IMG/VR virus record: IMGVR_UViG_3300033562_002574
Location: 1-24,156 of that record
Reading direction: 5' to 3' (one strand)
Origin: a virus
Taxonomy: Duplodnaviria; Caudoviricetes
Length of the DNA stretch: 24,156 bases
Shown: piece after piece, positions 9,015-16,358 of the stretch
Position numbering within the stretch: position 1 is the stretch's first letter
Layout of the letters: each line of letters opens with the position of its first letter
Notes under the pieces: model-generated
Told to the model about the DNA's origin: nothing
What the model saw: the letters and a program-made list of their open reading frames with translations, nothing else
The model's database searches: none
Program-made: the position numbers and the translations under genes

Positions 9015-10295
9015 ATGGCAAAGAAAACTAACAATAACAATAGCAATAGCAACAAAACACCTGTAATTAATATAAACGAGCTTAACGTTCGCCCAATTAA
9101 TAGAGTACCATTAGATATTGCTAAATGGCGAGCCGCGCACAAAACAGCCGAAGGACTCGCTAAAAACAGGAAACCACTTTACGACATTTACAACGATGTG
9201 CTTGTACCCAACGGTTACGTCAGTTCGGCAATTGGCAAAAGGGTTCGGGCAATAACCAACACTCCTTTAATTTTTCGGAACAAAGAAGGCGAAGAGGTTG
9301 AAGGAATGCAAAATATAGCCGAAAAACCTTTTATGGAAACTATATTGCGCGAAATTATATTAACTAAATTTTGGGGTTATTCGCTATTAGAACTCGACAT
9401 TGCACCTTTTAAGAAAGAAGGCAATAGCAAAGTAAAGCTTATTCCGCGCGAACATGTGAAGCCCGAATTTAATATTGTTGTTAAAAACAATATTGATATT
9501 AAAGGTATTGATTATACACAGCCTCCTTACTCTGACTTTACTATTGCCATCGGCGAAGATAACGACCTTGGCTTGTTACTGCCCGTGAGTATGTTTGCTA
9601 TTTATGCACGGAACGGAATGATGAATTGGGCAGAGTTTGTTGAAAATTTTGGTATTCCTGTGAAAAAAGGTTTATATAAAGACGAGGAAGGTCGCCGTGT
9701 TTTAGACGAGGCTTTCAAAACAATGGGGGCTTCGGGCAGCATAGTTGCACCCGATGGAACAGTAGTAGAAACCGCTTTTCCGAACAGCTCCGGCAATTCT
9801 ATTGTACACAAAGAATTTCAGCAAGCTTGCATCGATGCTATTTTGATTATAGTACTGGGGCAAACAATGACAACAAACAACGGCAGCAGTTTGTCGCAAG
9901 CGCAAGTACACAAAGAAGTTTTAGAGGGAATACATATTGATGATCGGCAATACGTTCTGAGAATACTGAATGAAAAACTTACAAACGTACTTTATAATTT
10001 AGGTTATCCGGTGCAAGATGGCAAATGGGCTTTTGTTGATGAAGCCAACCTTACTATTAAAGAAAAGATAGAAATCGCAAAATCGGTTAATGAAGTTGCA
10101 CCTGTTGATGATGATTTTTTTTATGAAATTTCGGGTGTGCCAAAACCAAAAGATTACGACAAACTGAAAAAAGAACGCGCAGCAGCGAAATCGGCAGCTT
10201 CGTTTATTGATAACAAAGATAACAATGATAACAATAACCTAAACAACAGCAACGAAAAAAGCTTTTTAGAAAGGGTTAGTCGTTTTTTTCTATAA
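9015..10295 (+). CDS. Portal protein (Mu gp29 / DUF935-like)
   Basis: 426 aa with WGYSLLE, WAEFVENFGIP, IVLGQTMTT and GSSLSQAQVHKEV motifs typical of Mu-like portals. Confidence 0.9.
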   Translation: MAKKTNNNNSNSNKTPVININELNVRPINRVPLDIAKWRAAHKTAEGLAKNRKPLYDIYNDVLVPNGYVSSAIGKRVRAITNTPLIFRNKEGEEVEGMQNIAEKPFMETILREIILTKFWGYSLLELDIAPFKKEGNSKVKLIPREHVKPEFNIVVKNNIDIKGIDYTQPPYSDFTIAIGEDNDLGLLLPVSMFAIYARNGMMNWAEFVENFGIPVKKGLYKDEEGRRVLDEAFKTMGASGSIVAPDGTVVETAFPNSSGNSIVHKEFQQACIDAILIIVLGQTMTTNNGSSLSQAQVHKEVLEGIHIDDRQYVLRILNEKLTNVLYNLGYPVQDGKWAFVDEANLTIKEKIEIAKSVNEVAPVDDDFFYEISGVPKPKDYDKLKKERAAAKSAASFIDNKDNNDNNNLNNSNEKSFLERVSRFFL

Positions 10296-10339
10296 GGCAG
10301 CTTGCAGCTATCGATAGCAAGGTATTTGAGAAAGCTGCC
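10283..10339 (+). other. Candidate -1 ribosomal frameshift signal (portal to MuF)
   Basis: T TTT TTT heptamer (10283-10289), 6-nt spacer containing the portal stop, then a stem GGCAGCTT (10296-10303) / AAGCTGCC (10332-10339) enclosing the palindrome GCTATCGATAGC. Confidence 0.7.
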
Positions 10340-11521
10340 AAACAAAAATATAACGTAGGAAACATTGACGAAGATTTAATTAAAAGCTATGCCGCGAAAT
10401 TTATAAGTGCTGTAAACGGCGGTTTTGGAAATACAGCCTCTCACTATGCAACTCTGATAAATAAGCGTTTATTAGAAAATGCGTATGTATTTTCAACCGC
10501 CAAGGCACACCAAGCTATGTTTTTAATAGATAATAAACAAGGAACATTGCAAGAGGTTTTAGATATCCAAAATAGATATTTGAAAATAGAAAAAGCACAA
10601 TTCGGAACGGCTGCACAAATGGCGACTAAGTGGATTGATATTCAACAAAAAGCCGACAAGTTTTATTTGAAATATTTAACCGCAGGGGATAAAAGTGTAC
10701 GGAAGGAACACGCTAAATTAGATGGAATTATACTGCCTGCCGAAGATAGCTTTTGGAATAAATACCTGCCGCCCAACGGACACAACTGCCGCTGCGATGT
10801 GGTTATGGTAAGTAAGAAAACCAACAGCCCGGCAAATAGCAATAATGCAATGCAACTTGGAGAGCAGGCTACGCTTGGCAAAGATGCTGAATTTAGATAC
10901 AACGCAGGTATCACCGGAGAGACTTATTCAACTACTCACCCTTATTTTTCGGTTACCAACAAACCGGAAATTATAGTAAAACAAGCATTGAATGTAAGCA
11001 ATACCTACGGGAAAGCAACTACTATTGAAGAAGCTGTTAATGAAATTGTATTTTCGAACTATCGACATTTATACAACTTCGATAGCAAAGGAACTAAACT
11101 AAATTATAGTTCCACCGGAACTAACAAGCTTTCAACTTTGGCAATTGCAAACAACAGCACGGTTGAAACTATTGTAACTAACAATGCTTTGCAATTTACT
11201 CCGCCAAGCAACTTTGCCGGAGCTTCGTTTAATTTAAACGACATTGAATTGTTGTTTAAAACCGAAGCAAATCAAATTATAATGGTTGATGCTTTATCGA
11301 ACGCGAAATTTAAAATAACCGCTAAAAAAGGCGTTAAGCTTATTGATGTTTTAAAAGCAAAAGTAAATAACAGAACTTTTGCGCAAAACTACAAAGTAAT
11401 AGCACGCGAACTTAATAGCAAAGGTATGTCGCCCGAAGAAAATGAAATACGGAATGCGCATGCTATTATGCTGCAATTAGCTAATATGTATAACAATTAT
11501 TTATCATACACCAAGTACTAA
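10289..11521 (+). CDS. MuF/gpF-like head morphogenesis protein with C-terminal extension (frame open from 10280; first ATG at 10517)
   Basis: MuF motif YLTAGDKSVRKEHAKLDGIILP..FW..YLPPNGHNCRC. The 76 open codons upstream of the ATG include LLENAYVFSTAKAH and contain no ATG/GTG/TTG. Confidence 0.85.
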   Translation, partial: SIRQLAAIDSKVFEKAAKQKYNVGNIDEDLIKSYAAKFISAVNGGFGNTASHYATLINKRLLENAYVFSTAKAHQAMFLIDNKQGTLQEVLDIQNRYLKIEKAQFGTAAQMATKWIDIQQKADKFYLKYLTAGDKSVRKEHAKLDGIILPAEDSFWNKYLPPNGHNCRCDVVMVSKKTNSPANSNNAMQLGEQATLGKDAEFRYNAGITGETYSTTHPYFSVTNKPEIIVKQALNVSNTYGKATTIEEAVNEIVFSNYRHLYNFDSKGTKLNYSSTGTNKLSTLAIANNSTVETIVTNNALQFTPPSNFAGASFNLNDIELLFKTEANQIIMVDALSNAKFKITAKKGVKLIDVLKAKVNNRTFAQNYKVIARELNSKGMSPEENEIRNAHAIMLQLANMYNNYLSYTKY

Positions 11522-11533
11522 ATTTAAAGCGAA

Positions 11534-11686
11534 ATGGACAAAGAAGAAATTCAATTTGAAATAGAATTAATCGACGAAGAGCTCGACCGCTTAAAGCGCG
11601 ATGGTTATTGGAAGAACCTCAAAAAAATAGTTACTTTAACCAAGCAACGAATAAACTTAACGAAAAAATTAGATGCTAAAAACTAA
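11534..11686 (+). CDS. Small hypothetical protein (50 aa) between MuF and gpG
   Basis: MDKEEIQFEIELIDEELDRLKRDGYWKNLKKIVTLTKQRINLTKKLDAKN*. It fills the gap, overlaps the next start, and is below the ORF-track size cut-off. Confidence 0.65.
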   Translation: MDKEEIQFEIELIDEELDRLKRDGYWKNLKKIVTLTKQRINLTKKLDAKN

Positions 11687-12182
11687 CTTCGATAGCTTAA
11701 TAACAAAGCTAAACATTGCACCGGCAGACATGGCAGAGGAGCTGGCGCAGGAGTCGGTTCGCTTATTTCAAGAGAATTTTCGCAAACAAGGTTTCTTTGA
11801 AGAAAATACATGGAAACCGCGAAAAAACAATACCGACCCAAAGCGAGGCATACTAATAGGCAAAGGCGGAGGTGCAAAGCTGTGGCGGTCGCTGCGTTAC
11901 ACAATTTCGGCTAATAAAATTACAATAGTAGCCGACCGACCTTACGCTGCTATACACAACGAAGGAGGGAAAGCGATTCAATATGTTAAACCATTTACTG
12001 TAAACCAACACAAAAGGAAAGTAGGGAAGAAAAAAAAGAAGGTTGATGTTAAACGGTATCAGGTAAAAGCTTTCACGCGAAAAATAAACATGCCAAAACG
12101 CCAATTCATTGGAGAGCATGTAGAACTAACAAATAAATTAAATTTGTTTATTGAAAATTATTTGAACAACAATATATTATGA
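11673..12182 (+). CDS. Virion morphogenesis protein (Mu gpG-like)
   Basis: ENFRKQGF..WKPRK, LWRSL, PYAAIHNEGG and MPKRQFIG motifs. Confidence 0.88.
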   Translation: MLKTNFDSLITKLNIAPADMAEELAQESVRLFQENFRKQGFFEENTWKPRKNNTDPKRGILIGKGGGAKLWRSLRYTISANKITIVADRPYAAIHNEGGKAIQYVKPFTVNQHKRKVGKKKKKVDVKRYQVKAFTRKINMPKRQFIGEHVELTNKLNLFIENYLNNNIL

Positions 12183-12595
12183 AAAACTTATATAATGAAT
12201 TGATAACCGGAATAAAAACCGATTGCAGTTTTGTTCGCTTTATTGATATTGATAACGGACAGTTAGAAGAAGAAACCCCGTCTGTAAGCTACCCATGTGT
12301 GCTGATTGCATTAGATAAACAAATAAGGTTCGAACGAACTTCTTCGCGCAGCGAGCTTGCTTATATTAATGCAAGCTTTAAGGTTGCTTTCCAAAACCAC
12401 ATAACCTCTGACAATCTTACAGAACTTGCTTTGCGGAACAAAGCAGTTGCATATTGGCAATTGTTGAAAGAAATAAGCGATGCGATTATGAAAATAAAAG
12501 GCAGCACACGAAAAGCAATTAGCCGCGAACCACGAGCCGATATAGATGTTTTTAATATACAATTTGTAATTGCAAAACATAATATTGAAATTTAA
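12179..12595 (+). CDS. Putative tail terminator / completion protein (Mu gp37-like)
   Basis: 138 aa with FIDIDNGQLE..PSVSYPCVLI. ATGA overlap with the gpG-like gene. Confidence 0.7.
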   Translation: MKNLYNELITGIKTDCSFVRFIDIDNGQLEEETPSVSYPCVLIALDKQIRFERTSSRSELAYINASFKVAFQNHITSDNLTELALRNKAVAYWQLLKEISDAIMKIKGSTRKAISREPRADIDVFNIQFVIAKHNIEI

Positions 12596-12618
12596 TTAAA
12601 AAATATTTTAATATCACT

Positions 12619-12649
12619 TTTGCAATAGTGTTTTTTGATTTTACATTTG
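12619..12649 (+). promoter_or_regulatory. Bacteroidota housekeeping-sigma promoter
   Basis: TTTG (12619-12622), 19 nt, then TACATTTG (12642-12649): matches the -33/-7 consensus. Confidence 0.7.
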
Positions 12650-12681
12650 TTGATAAATACAAACCTAAAATAAATTACACA

Positions 12682-12939
12682 ATGGACGACTCAAACAAAC
12701 TTATCAATCTCGGCTATTTGAATATAGCAATTAAACTTATGGCATATATTTGCCTTATTCCTATTATACCTGCTGCAATTGAGGTTAGCAACAATGCCGA
12801 TTTTATTACTTTGCTTTATCCGGTTATATACGGTTTAGTAAGTTTCATTTTCTTGCTTGCTTTAAATGGTGCAATTAGTTGTATTATTGATATTCGGTAT
12901 CATCAAATTAACAGTTTGAAAAAAGAAAAAGCAAATTAG
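12682..12939 (+). CDS. Small two-TM membrane protein (moron-like)
   Basis: ATG 12682 is preferred to GTG 12628, which lies inside the promoter. Two hydrophobic helices, own promoter and terminator. Confidence 0.75.
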   Translation: MDDSNKLINLGYLNIAIKLMAYICLIPIIPAAIEVSNNADFITLLYPVIYGLVSFIFLLALNGAISCIIDIRYHQINSLKKEKAN

Positions 12940-12946
12940 AAGAAAC

Positions 12947-12976
12947 AAAAAAGCCCGAAATGTAATTTCGGGCTTT
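12947..12976. terminator. Intrinsic terminator between convergent genes
   Basis: AAAGCCCGAAAT-gta-ATTTCGGGCTTT perfect 12-bp stem (12950-12976). The A-run on the left gives the better U-tract on the minus strand. Confidence 0.85.
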
Positions 12977-12993
12977 ATAAAAAAGTTTAATAA

Positions 12994-13218
12994 TTAGCGG
13001 GGTTCATCGGCGCAATGCTCACAGAGCCCTACATTTAAGTACTCATCATTATCGTTGCCAAAAACCATAACAAACGAGTCGCCACAGGTACACGGCGTTG
13101 TAAGTTCATAGTTTTGTTTTTCGTAAATAGGAGTCCAATTGAAATTGAAACCTTTTTCTGCTGCTATTTCGATAGCTACTGCTTCGTTTTTTGCGAAAAT
13201 ATCTGCTGGATATGCCAT
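12994..13218 (-). CDS. Hypothetical 74-aa acidic protein with four cysteines (CxC...CxxC)
   Basis: ORF with an A-rich initiation region, ending just before the terminator. Confidence 0.65.
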   Translation of the reverse strand: MAYPADIFAKNEAVAIEIAAEKGFNFNWTPIYEKQNYELTTPCTCGDSFVMVFGNDNDEYLNVGLCEHCADEPR

Positions 13219-13233
13219 GATGTTTTGTGTTTT

Positions 13234-13397
13234 AATTGTGAATGAATATTTTTTTAAATTAAGAAAGATTTATAAGCATTAATAATTTTAAGTGGTCTAA
13301 AACCACTTAAATACAGTAACTTAAAAAATGTTATCCTTAATTATAAGGGTAACAATTTAGTTTTTAAATTGTGAATGAATATTTTTTTTAATTAAGA
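13234..13397. repeat. 31-bp direct repeat (13234-13264, 13367-13397) flanking two hairpins
   Basis: AATTGTGAATGAATATTTTTTT(A/T)AATTAAGA, 30/31 identical. Internal inverted repeats at 13287-13311 and 13329-13354. Confidence 0.85.
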
Positions 13398-13578
13398 TTG
13401 CAAAGCCGTAGGTTTGCAGCACAAAGGCATACAGGTTGTTTTTAAGGTTTTGCTCGGTTTCAAACTGTTATTTGTAGTGGGTAAGTTCGCTCTGCAAATG
13501 CTCGAAGGTTACTTTGGCATTTGCAAGATTAAGGTTGCTACTATTATTCGCAATCCTTTGACTTTTTTGTGTTCGCAT
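13357..13578 (-). pseudogene. Probable pseudogene downstream of the structured leader (in-frame TAA after codon 36)
   Basis: MRTQKSQRIANNSSNLNLANAKVTFEHLQSELTHYK*QFETEQNLKNNLYAFVLQTYGFAIL...; the frame stays open for 36 more codons and runs into the 31-bp repeat. Confidence 0.5.
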
Positions 13579-13752
13579 TTAAAAAAGTATTTAGATTTTA
13601 ATGAAAGGACAGGTCGCTGCGAACACACTAAATGCGGAGCACTTAGGAAATCTCGGTACTTGCAACCGTTCGCCTGTCCAGTATCTTTATTCAGACTATT
13701 TGTATGTTTAGGGAATTGCTCCATGTGTTAATAATTTATTAGTGTATTCGCA
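13568..13752 (-). ncRNA. Putative c4/CI-like antisense RNA switch with upstream and downstream targets
   Basis: A closing stem GGACAGG/CCTGTCC (13607-13613, 13673-13679) encloses segments complementary to 13739-13752, 13717-13722 and the start-codon region 13568-13577. Confidence 0.6.
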
Positions 13753-13755
13753 CAG

Positions 13756-13785
13756 CAAATATACGAAAAAATCTGAACATGCAAA
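13756..13785 (-). promoter_or_regulatory. Bacteroidota housekeeping-sigma promoter driving the structured leader
   Basis: Minus strand TTTG (13785-13782), 18 nt, then TATATTTG (13763-13756). Confidence 0.65.
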
Positions 13786-13800
13786 TGTTTTTAAGAAAAA

Positions 13801-14133
13801 TTATAAATTAGTTCTAATAATTTGCATTCCTTGCTTTTTGACATCGCGCTCGGCTTTTTTATTTATTGCATTTATATATGCTGTTATTCCGGTTAAACCT
13901 TTTGCTGTGTATTCGTTTTTTAAATTCGCAAAATGGTTTACCGAGCTGCCGTTCCTAAATATAGGCGGCAGCATAACAGCTACCTTGCGCATGTATTGTA
14001 CAACGTTTATAACTTTGCCGTTTACTTCAACTTTGGCACTACGGCGCAACTGTCGGCTAAGGGTTGTATTGTTATTATTACTTCGGTTAAAGCGCATTGC
14101 AATTCGATTAAAAAAGGTTTTGAATATATTCAT
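13801..14133 (-). CDS. Hypothetical basic protein
   Basis: 110-aa ORF with an ATGA overlap to the upstream gene; last gene of the early/middle run. Confidence 0.7.
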   Translation of the reverse strand: MNIFKTFFNRIAMRFNRSNNNNTTLSRQLRRSAKVEVNGKVINVVQYMRKVAVMLPPIFRNGSSVNHFANLKNEYTAKGLTGITAYINAINKKAERDVKKQGMQIIRTNL

Positions 14134-14459
14134 CGTGTATAAAATTTGCGTTCGTGTTTTGTTATGTTTGTTGAAAATCTATTGTTGTTATTAATTACAA
14201 TAGATAGTGAGGGGCGCTGTTTCAGAACATTAATTATATCATCATTCAATTGCTGTATGTAGTGTTCTACAGTTTTCGGGCTCAAAAAAAAGTCGAGCGA
14301 CAAATTCGCAATTACATCGTCTATTCGCATTCGCTTAACCTCCGAGTAATAAAAAAATCGCCAGACTAAATGTATATCCCGCAGCTCTTTCATATTTGTA
14401 TTTAAGCATATATCCGGCGAGCGCGAATACTTATTTATCATAGAAGTTCCTCTGCTCAT
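14130..14459 (-). CDS. Putative Mor/C-like transcription activator
   Basis: 109 aa with a C-terminal HTH-like segment (RIDDVIANLSLDFFLSPKTVEHYI), near the end of the early operon as in Mu-like phages. Confidence 0.55.
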   Translation of the reverse strand: MSRGTSMINKYSRSPDICLNTNMKELRDIHLVWRFFYYSEVKRMRIDDVIANLSLDFFLSPKTVEHYIQQLNDDIINVLKQRPSLSIVINNNNRFSTNITKHERKFYTR

Positions 14460-14462
14460 AAG

Positions 14463-14960
14463 CTACTTTCCTTTATTGGTTAGAAACTCTTTAAACTTCT
14501 TAAACTCGCGCGGGTTGTCCATTGCCGAGCGTATGCTTGTTTTGCTTTCTTCTTCGGCTGCAGCCATCAAATGCTCGTGCATATAAATATCGTATTTGTT
14601 TAAAGCTTCTAAGATTTTGCGCCCATCAATAGATTGATACAAGTCTTTGTCAAACGGCGGCTTAGCTTTTTTTATTAAATTGAAACAATCTTGCACAGCC
14701 ATTAAACTCAAATTATAATGTTCATCAACTACAAACTCTGCTGTATCTACAATCTGTTCGGAACTCATTGTACTTTTGAAATTGAAAAAGTCAATCAAAT
14801 CTTTTATTTGCAAGGTTATCAATGCTATAACATTTTCGCGCGGTGCAACTCTCGTTAAGTGCGAAATTCTCGGTTCGGCAACAGCGGCAGTAACATTTAT
14901 TGCATGCGCGGGCAGCCGCTTATGTTCCAAACCGCCGCTTAAGTGTTTCTGCCAAATCAT
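14463..14960 (-). CDS. Hypothetical phage protein (DUF6633-like by recollection); start uncertain (14960 or 15083)
   Basis: DLIDFFN..MSSEQIVDTAEFVVDEHYNLSL..LYQSIDGRKILEAL pattern. ATG 14960 minimises overlap with the upstream gene. Confidence 0.6.
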   Translation of the reverse strand: MIWQKHLSGGLEHKRLPAHAINVTAAVAEPRISHLTRVAPRENVIALITLQIKDLIDFFNFKSTMSSEQIVDTAEFVVDEHYNLSLMAVQDCFNLIKKAKPPFDKDLYQSIDGRKILEALNKYDIYMHEHLMAAAEEESKTSIRSAMDNPREFKKFKEFLTNKGK

Positions 14961-15435
14961 TATAGTCTGCTCGCGTTTGGCTTTTGCCTTTGCCAACTGA
15001 ACCTCCGCTCTGCTCAATACGACAGAGTTCGTTGTAGTTGGCGCAATATCTACCAATTGTTTTTTCTTTGCTCCACCATTCATTTGTATCGAAAAATAAA
15101 GTTATTAATGTCTGTGAAAACTCAATATTTGCAACTTTCGAAGCCTCCGATGGTGCAACTTTATAAGCTCTGCCGTAACGCATTTTATAAAATTCGCACC
15201 ATAAAGCTATCTTTTGATTCGTCGTATTTACAGTTAGCTGTCGCAGCTTTATCTTGTAAATCTCTACATTAACCGGCAGATCAGTCTCAAGTATAGTAAC
15301 AGCGTTTTTTAAGGTATTGACTAACACTTCTGAACTATCGTTTTCTACTTCTATACTACGCAAACGCCCGCCAATGTAAGTAACAACAATTTTGCTATCA
15401 CGCACGGTAAGATTGTATTTGTGTATTATTTCCAT
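14920..15435 (-). CDS. Hypothetical phage protein
   Basis: ATG 15435 (MEIIHK...) is preferred because the track's TTG at 15474 lies inside the attC-like hairpin. Confidence 0.7.
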   Translation of the reverse strand: MEIIHKYNLTVRDSKIVVTYIGGRLRSIEVENDSSEVLVNTLKNAVTILETDLPVNVEIYKIKLRQLTVNTTNQKIALWCEFYKMRYGRAYKVAPSEASKVANIEFSQTLITLFFDTNEWWSKEKTIGRYCANYNELCRIEQSGGSVGKGKSQTRADYNDLAETLKRRFGT

Positions 15436-15470
15436 TTCCGTGTAGTTAAATAAAATAATAATTAAACTAT

Positions 15471-15525
15471 GCAATAACGCAGCATTAACGGCAATGAAAT
15501 GCCGTTAATGCAAGGCGTTATAAGC
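15471..15525 (+). repeat. attC-like hairpin 1
   Basis: GCAATAAC-GCA-GCATTAACGGCA-atgaaa-TGCCGTTAATGC-AAGGC-GTTATAAGC: AAC/GTT ends, asymmetric spacers and a perfect 12-bp inner stem. Confidence 0.8.
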
Positions 15526-15533
15526 AATCACGA

Positions 15534-15830
15534 TTAACGATGATATTTATAAGGTGATTGCCATTTCTTTGCTTTACGATTTAATTTGCCTTCATATTGC
15601 AATATTGATTTATCAATTTCATTTGAAATTTTCATTAAATCAGGTAATTCAGGCAAATTATTTAAAATCGGATTTTCAATTAATACAAATTGTTTTTTAA
15701 AATCCTCAATGTTCTTAGGAATATCATTCTTATCAATAACAATAAATTCCAATTTTGGATTTTCGATTAATGCTTTTGCGATATAAGTTTCACAAACATT
15801 TGGTTCGCAGATTATTAAAATTTTTGGCAT
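15534..15830 (-). CDS. Hypothetical protein in attC-like cassette 1
   Basis: 98-aa, visibly AT-rich ORF filling the space between hairpins 1 and 2. Confidence 0.75.
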   Translation of the reverse strand: MPKILIICEPNVCETYIAKALIENPKLEFIVIDKNDIPKNIEDFKKQFVLIENPILNNLPELPDLMKISNEIDKSILQYEGKLNRKAKKWQSPYKYHR

Positions 15831-15864
15831 ACTGTAAATTTTGATAAATGATTAATAAAAAAAT

Positions 15865-15962
15865 GCTTATAACAGGCATTTGCCGTCCATGCCTTTTTTC
15901 CCCGACACACAAGCCAACGCACTGAAAAAAAGGCACGTCGGCAAGTGCAATTCGTTATAGCT
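15865..15962 (+). repeat. attC-like hairpin 2
   Basis: GCTTATAAC-AG-GCATTTGCCG-TCCA-TGCCTTTTTT...AAAAAAGGCA-CGT-CGGCAAGTGC-AATTC-GTTATAGCT (98 bp). Confidence 0.82.
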
Positions 15963-16329
15963 AACTTAATAAGTCTCTGTTTTCGTAGATATTACCAATA
16001 ACTGATAAATTCATATTTTCAATTTTATCGAAAGGTTTGTGGCTTTTTTCATTAAAATAATATTGAAAACAACCTTCGATAAACCGAACTTCGACTATTT
16101 GCCCGAAATATAATTTCAAAATATCGCCTTCATAAATAGGTTTCCCATTTCTGTCGCAACATCCTGTAAATTGCATTACTTCAATAATTTCAGCAATATC
16201 AGGTCTCTCGTTAGTAAGGTCGGTACCGAAAAAATGATTTTCTTTTATATCCAAAAAACAATAATCATTTACCATTTCGAGAGTGCCGTAAGCATTTACC
16301 CAAGCCCTAAATTTTATTTCTTTTTTCAT
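15961..16329 (-). CDS. YopX family protein in attC-like cassette 2
   Basis: EIKFRAW, MQFTG..DRNGKPIYEGDIL and VIGNIYENRDLL signature motifs. Confidence 0.92.
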   Translation of the reverse strand: MKKEIKFRAWVNAYGTLEMVNDYCFLDIKENHFFGTDLTNERPDIAEIIEVMQFTGCCDRNGKPIYEGDILKLYFGQIVEVRFIEGCFQYYFNEKSHKPFDKIENMNLSVIGNIYENRDLLS

Positions 16330-16358
16330 ATTTTTTCTATTAAATTATCAATAATAAA

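Noticed and set aside
10205-10256. Asn-rich AAC/AAT runs at the portal termini
   Set aside because: Low-complexity linker coding sequence, not a discrete repeat element.
13234-13397. 31-bp direct repeats as a mini-CRISPR or a DGR template/variable pair
   Set aside because: Only two AT-rich copies 102 nt apart, with no cas or reverse transcriptase gene in the window and no adenine-specific mismatch series.
13509-13724. 71-aa minus-strand ORF, and plus-strand 13414..13731, across the structured leader
   Set aside because: No recognisable family, and the sequence is better explained by RNA pairing. A regulatory leader peptide cannot be excluded.
14920-15083. 164-bp overlap of two minus-strand ORFs as a frameshift or overprinting
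   Set aside because: An internal ATG at 14960 reduces the overlap to about 40 nt, and no convincing recoding signal was seen.
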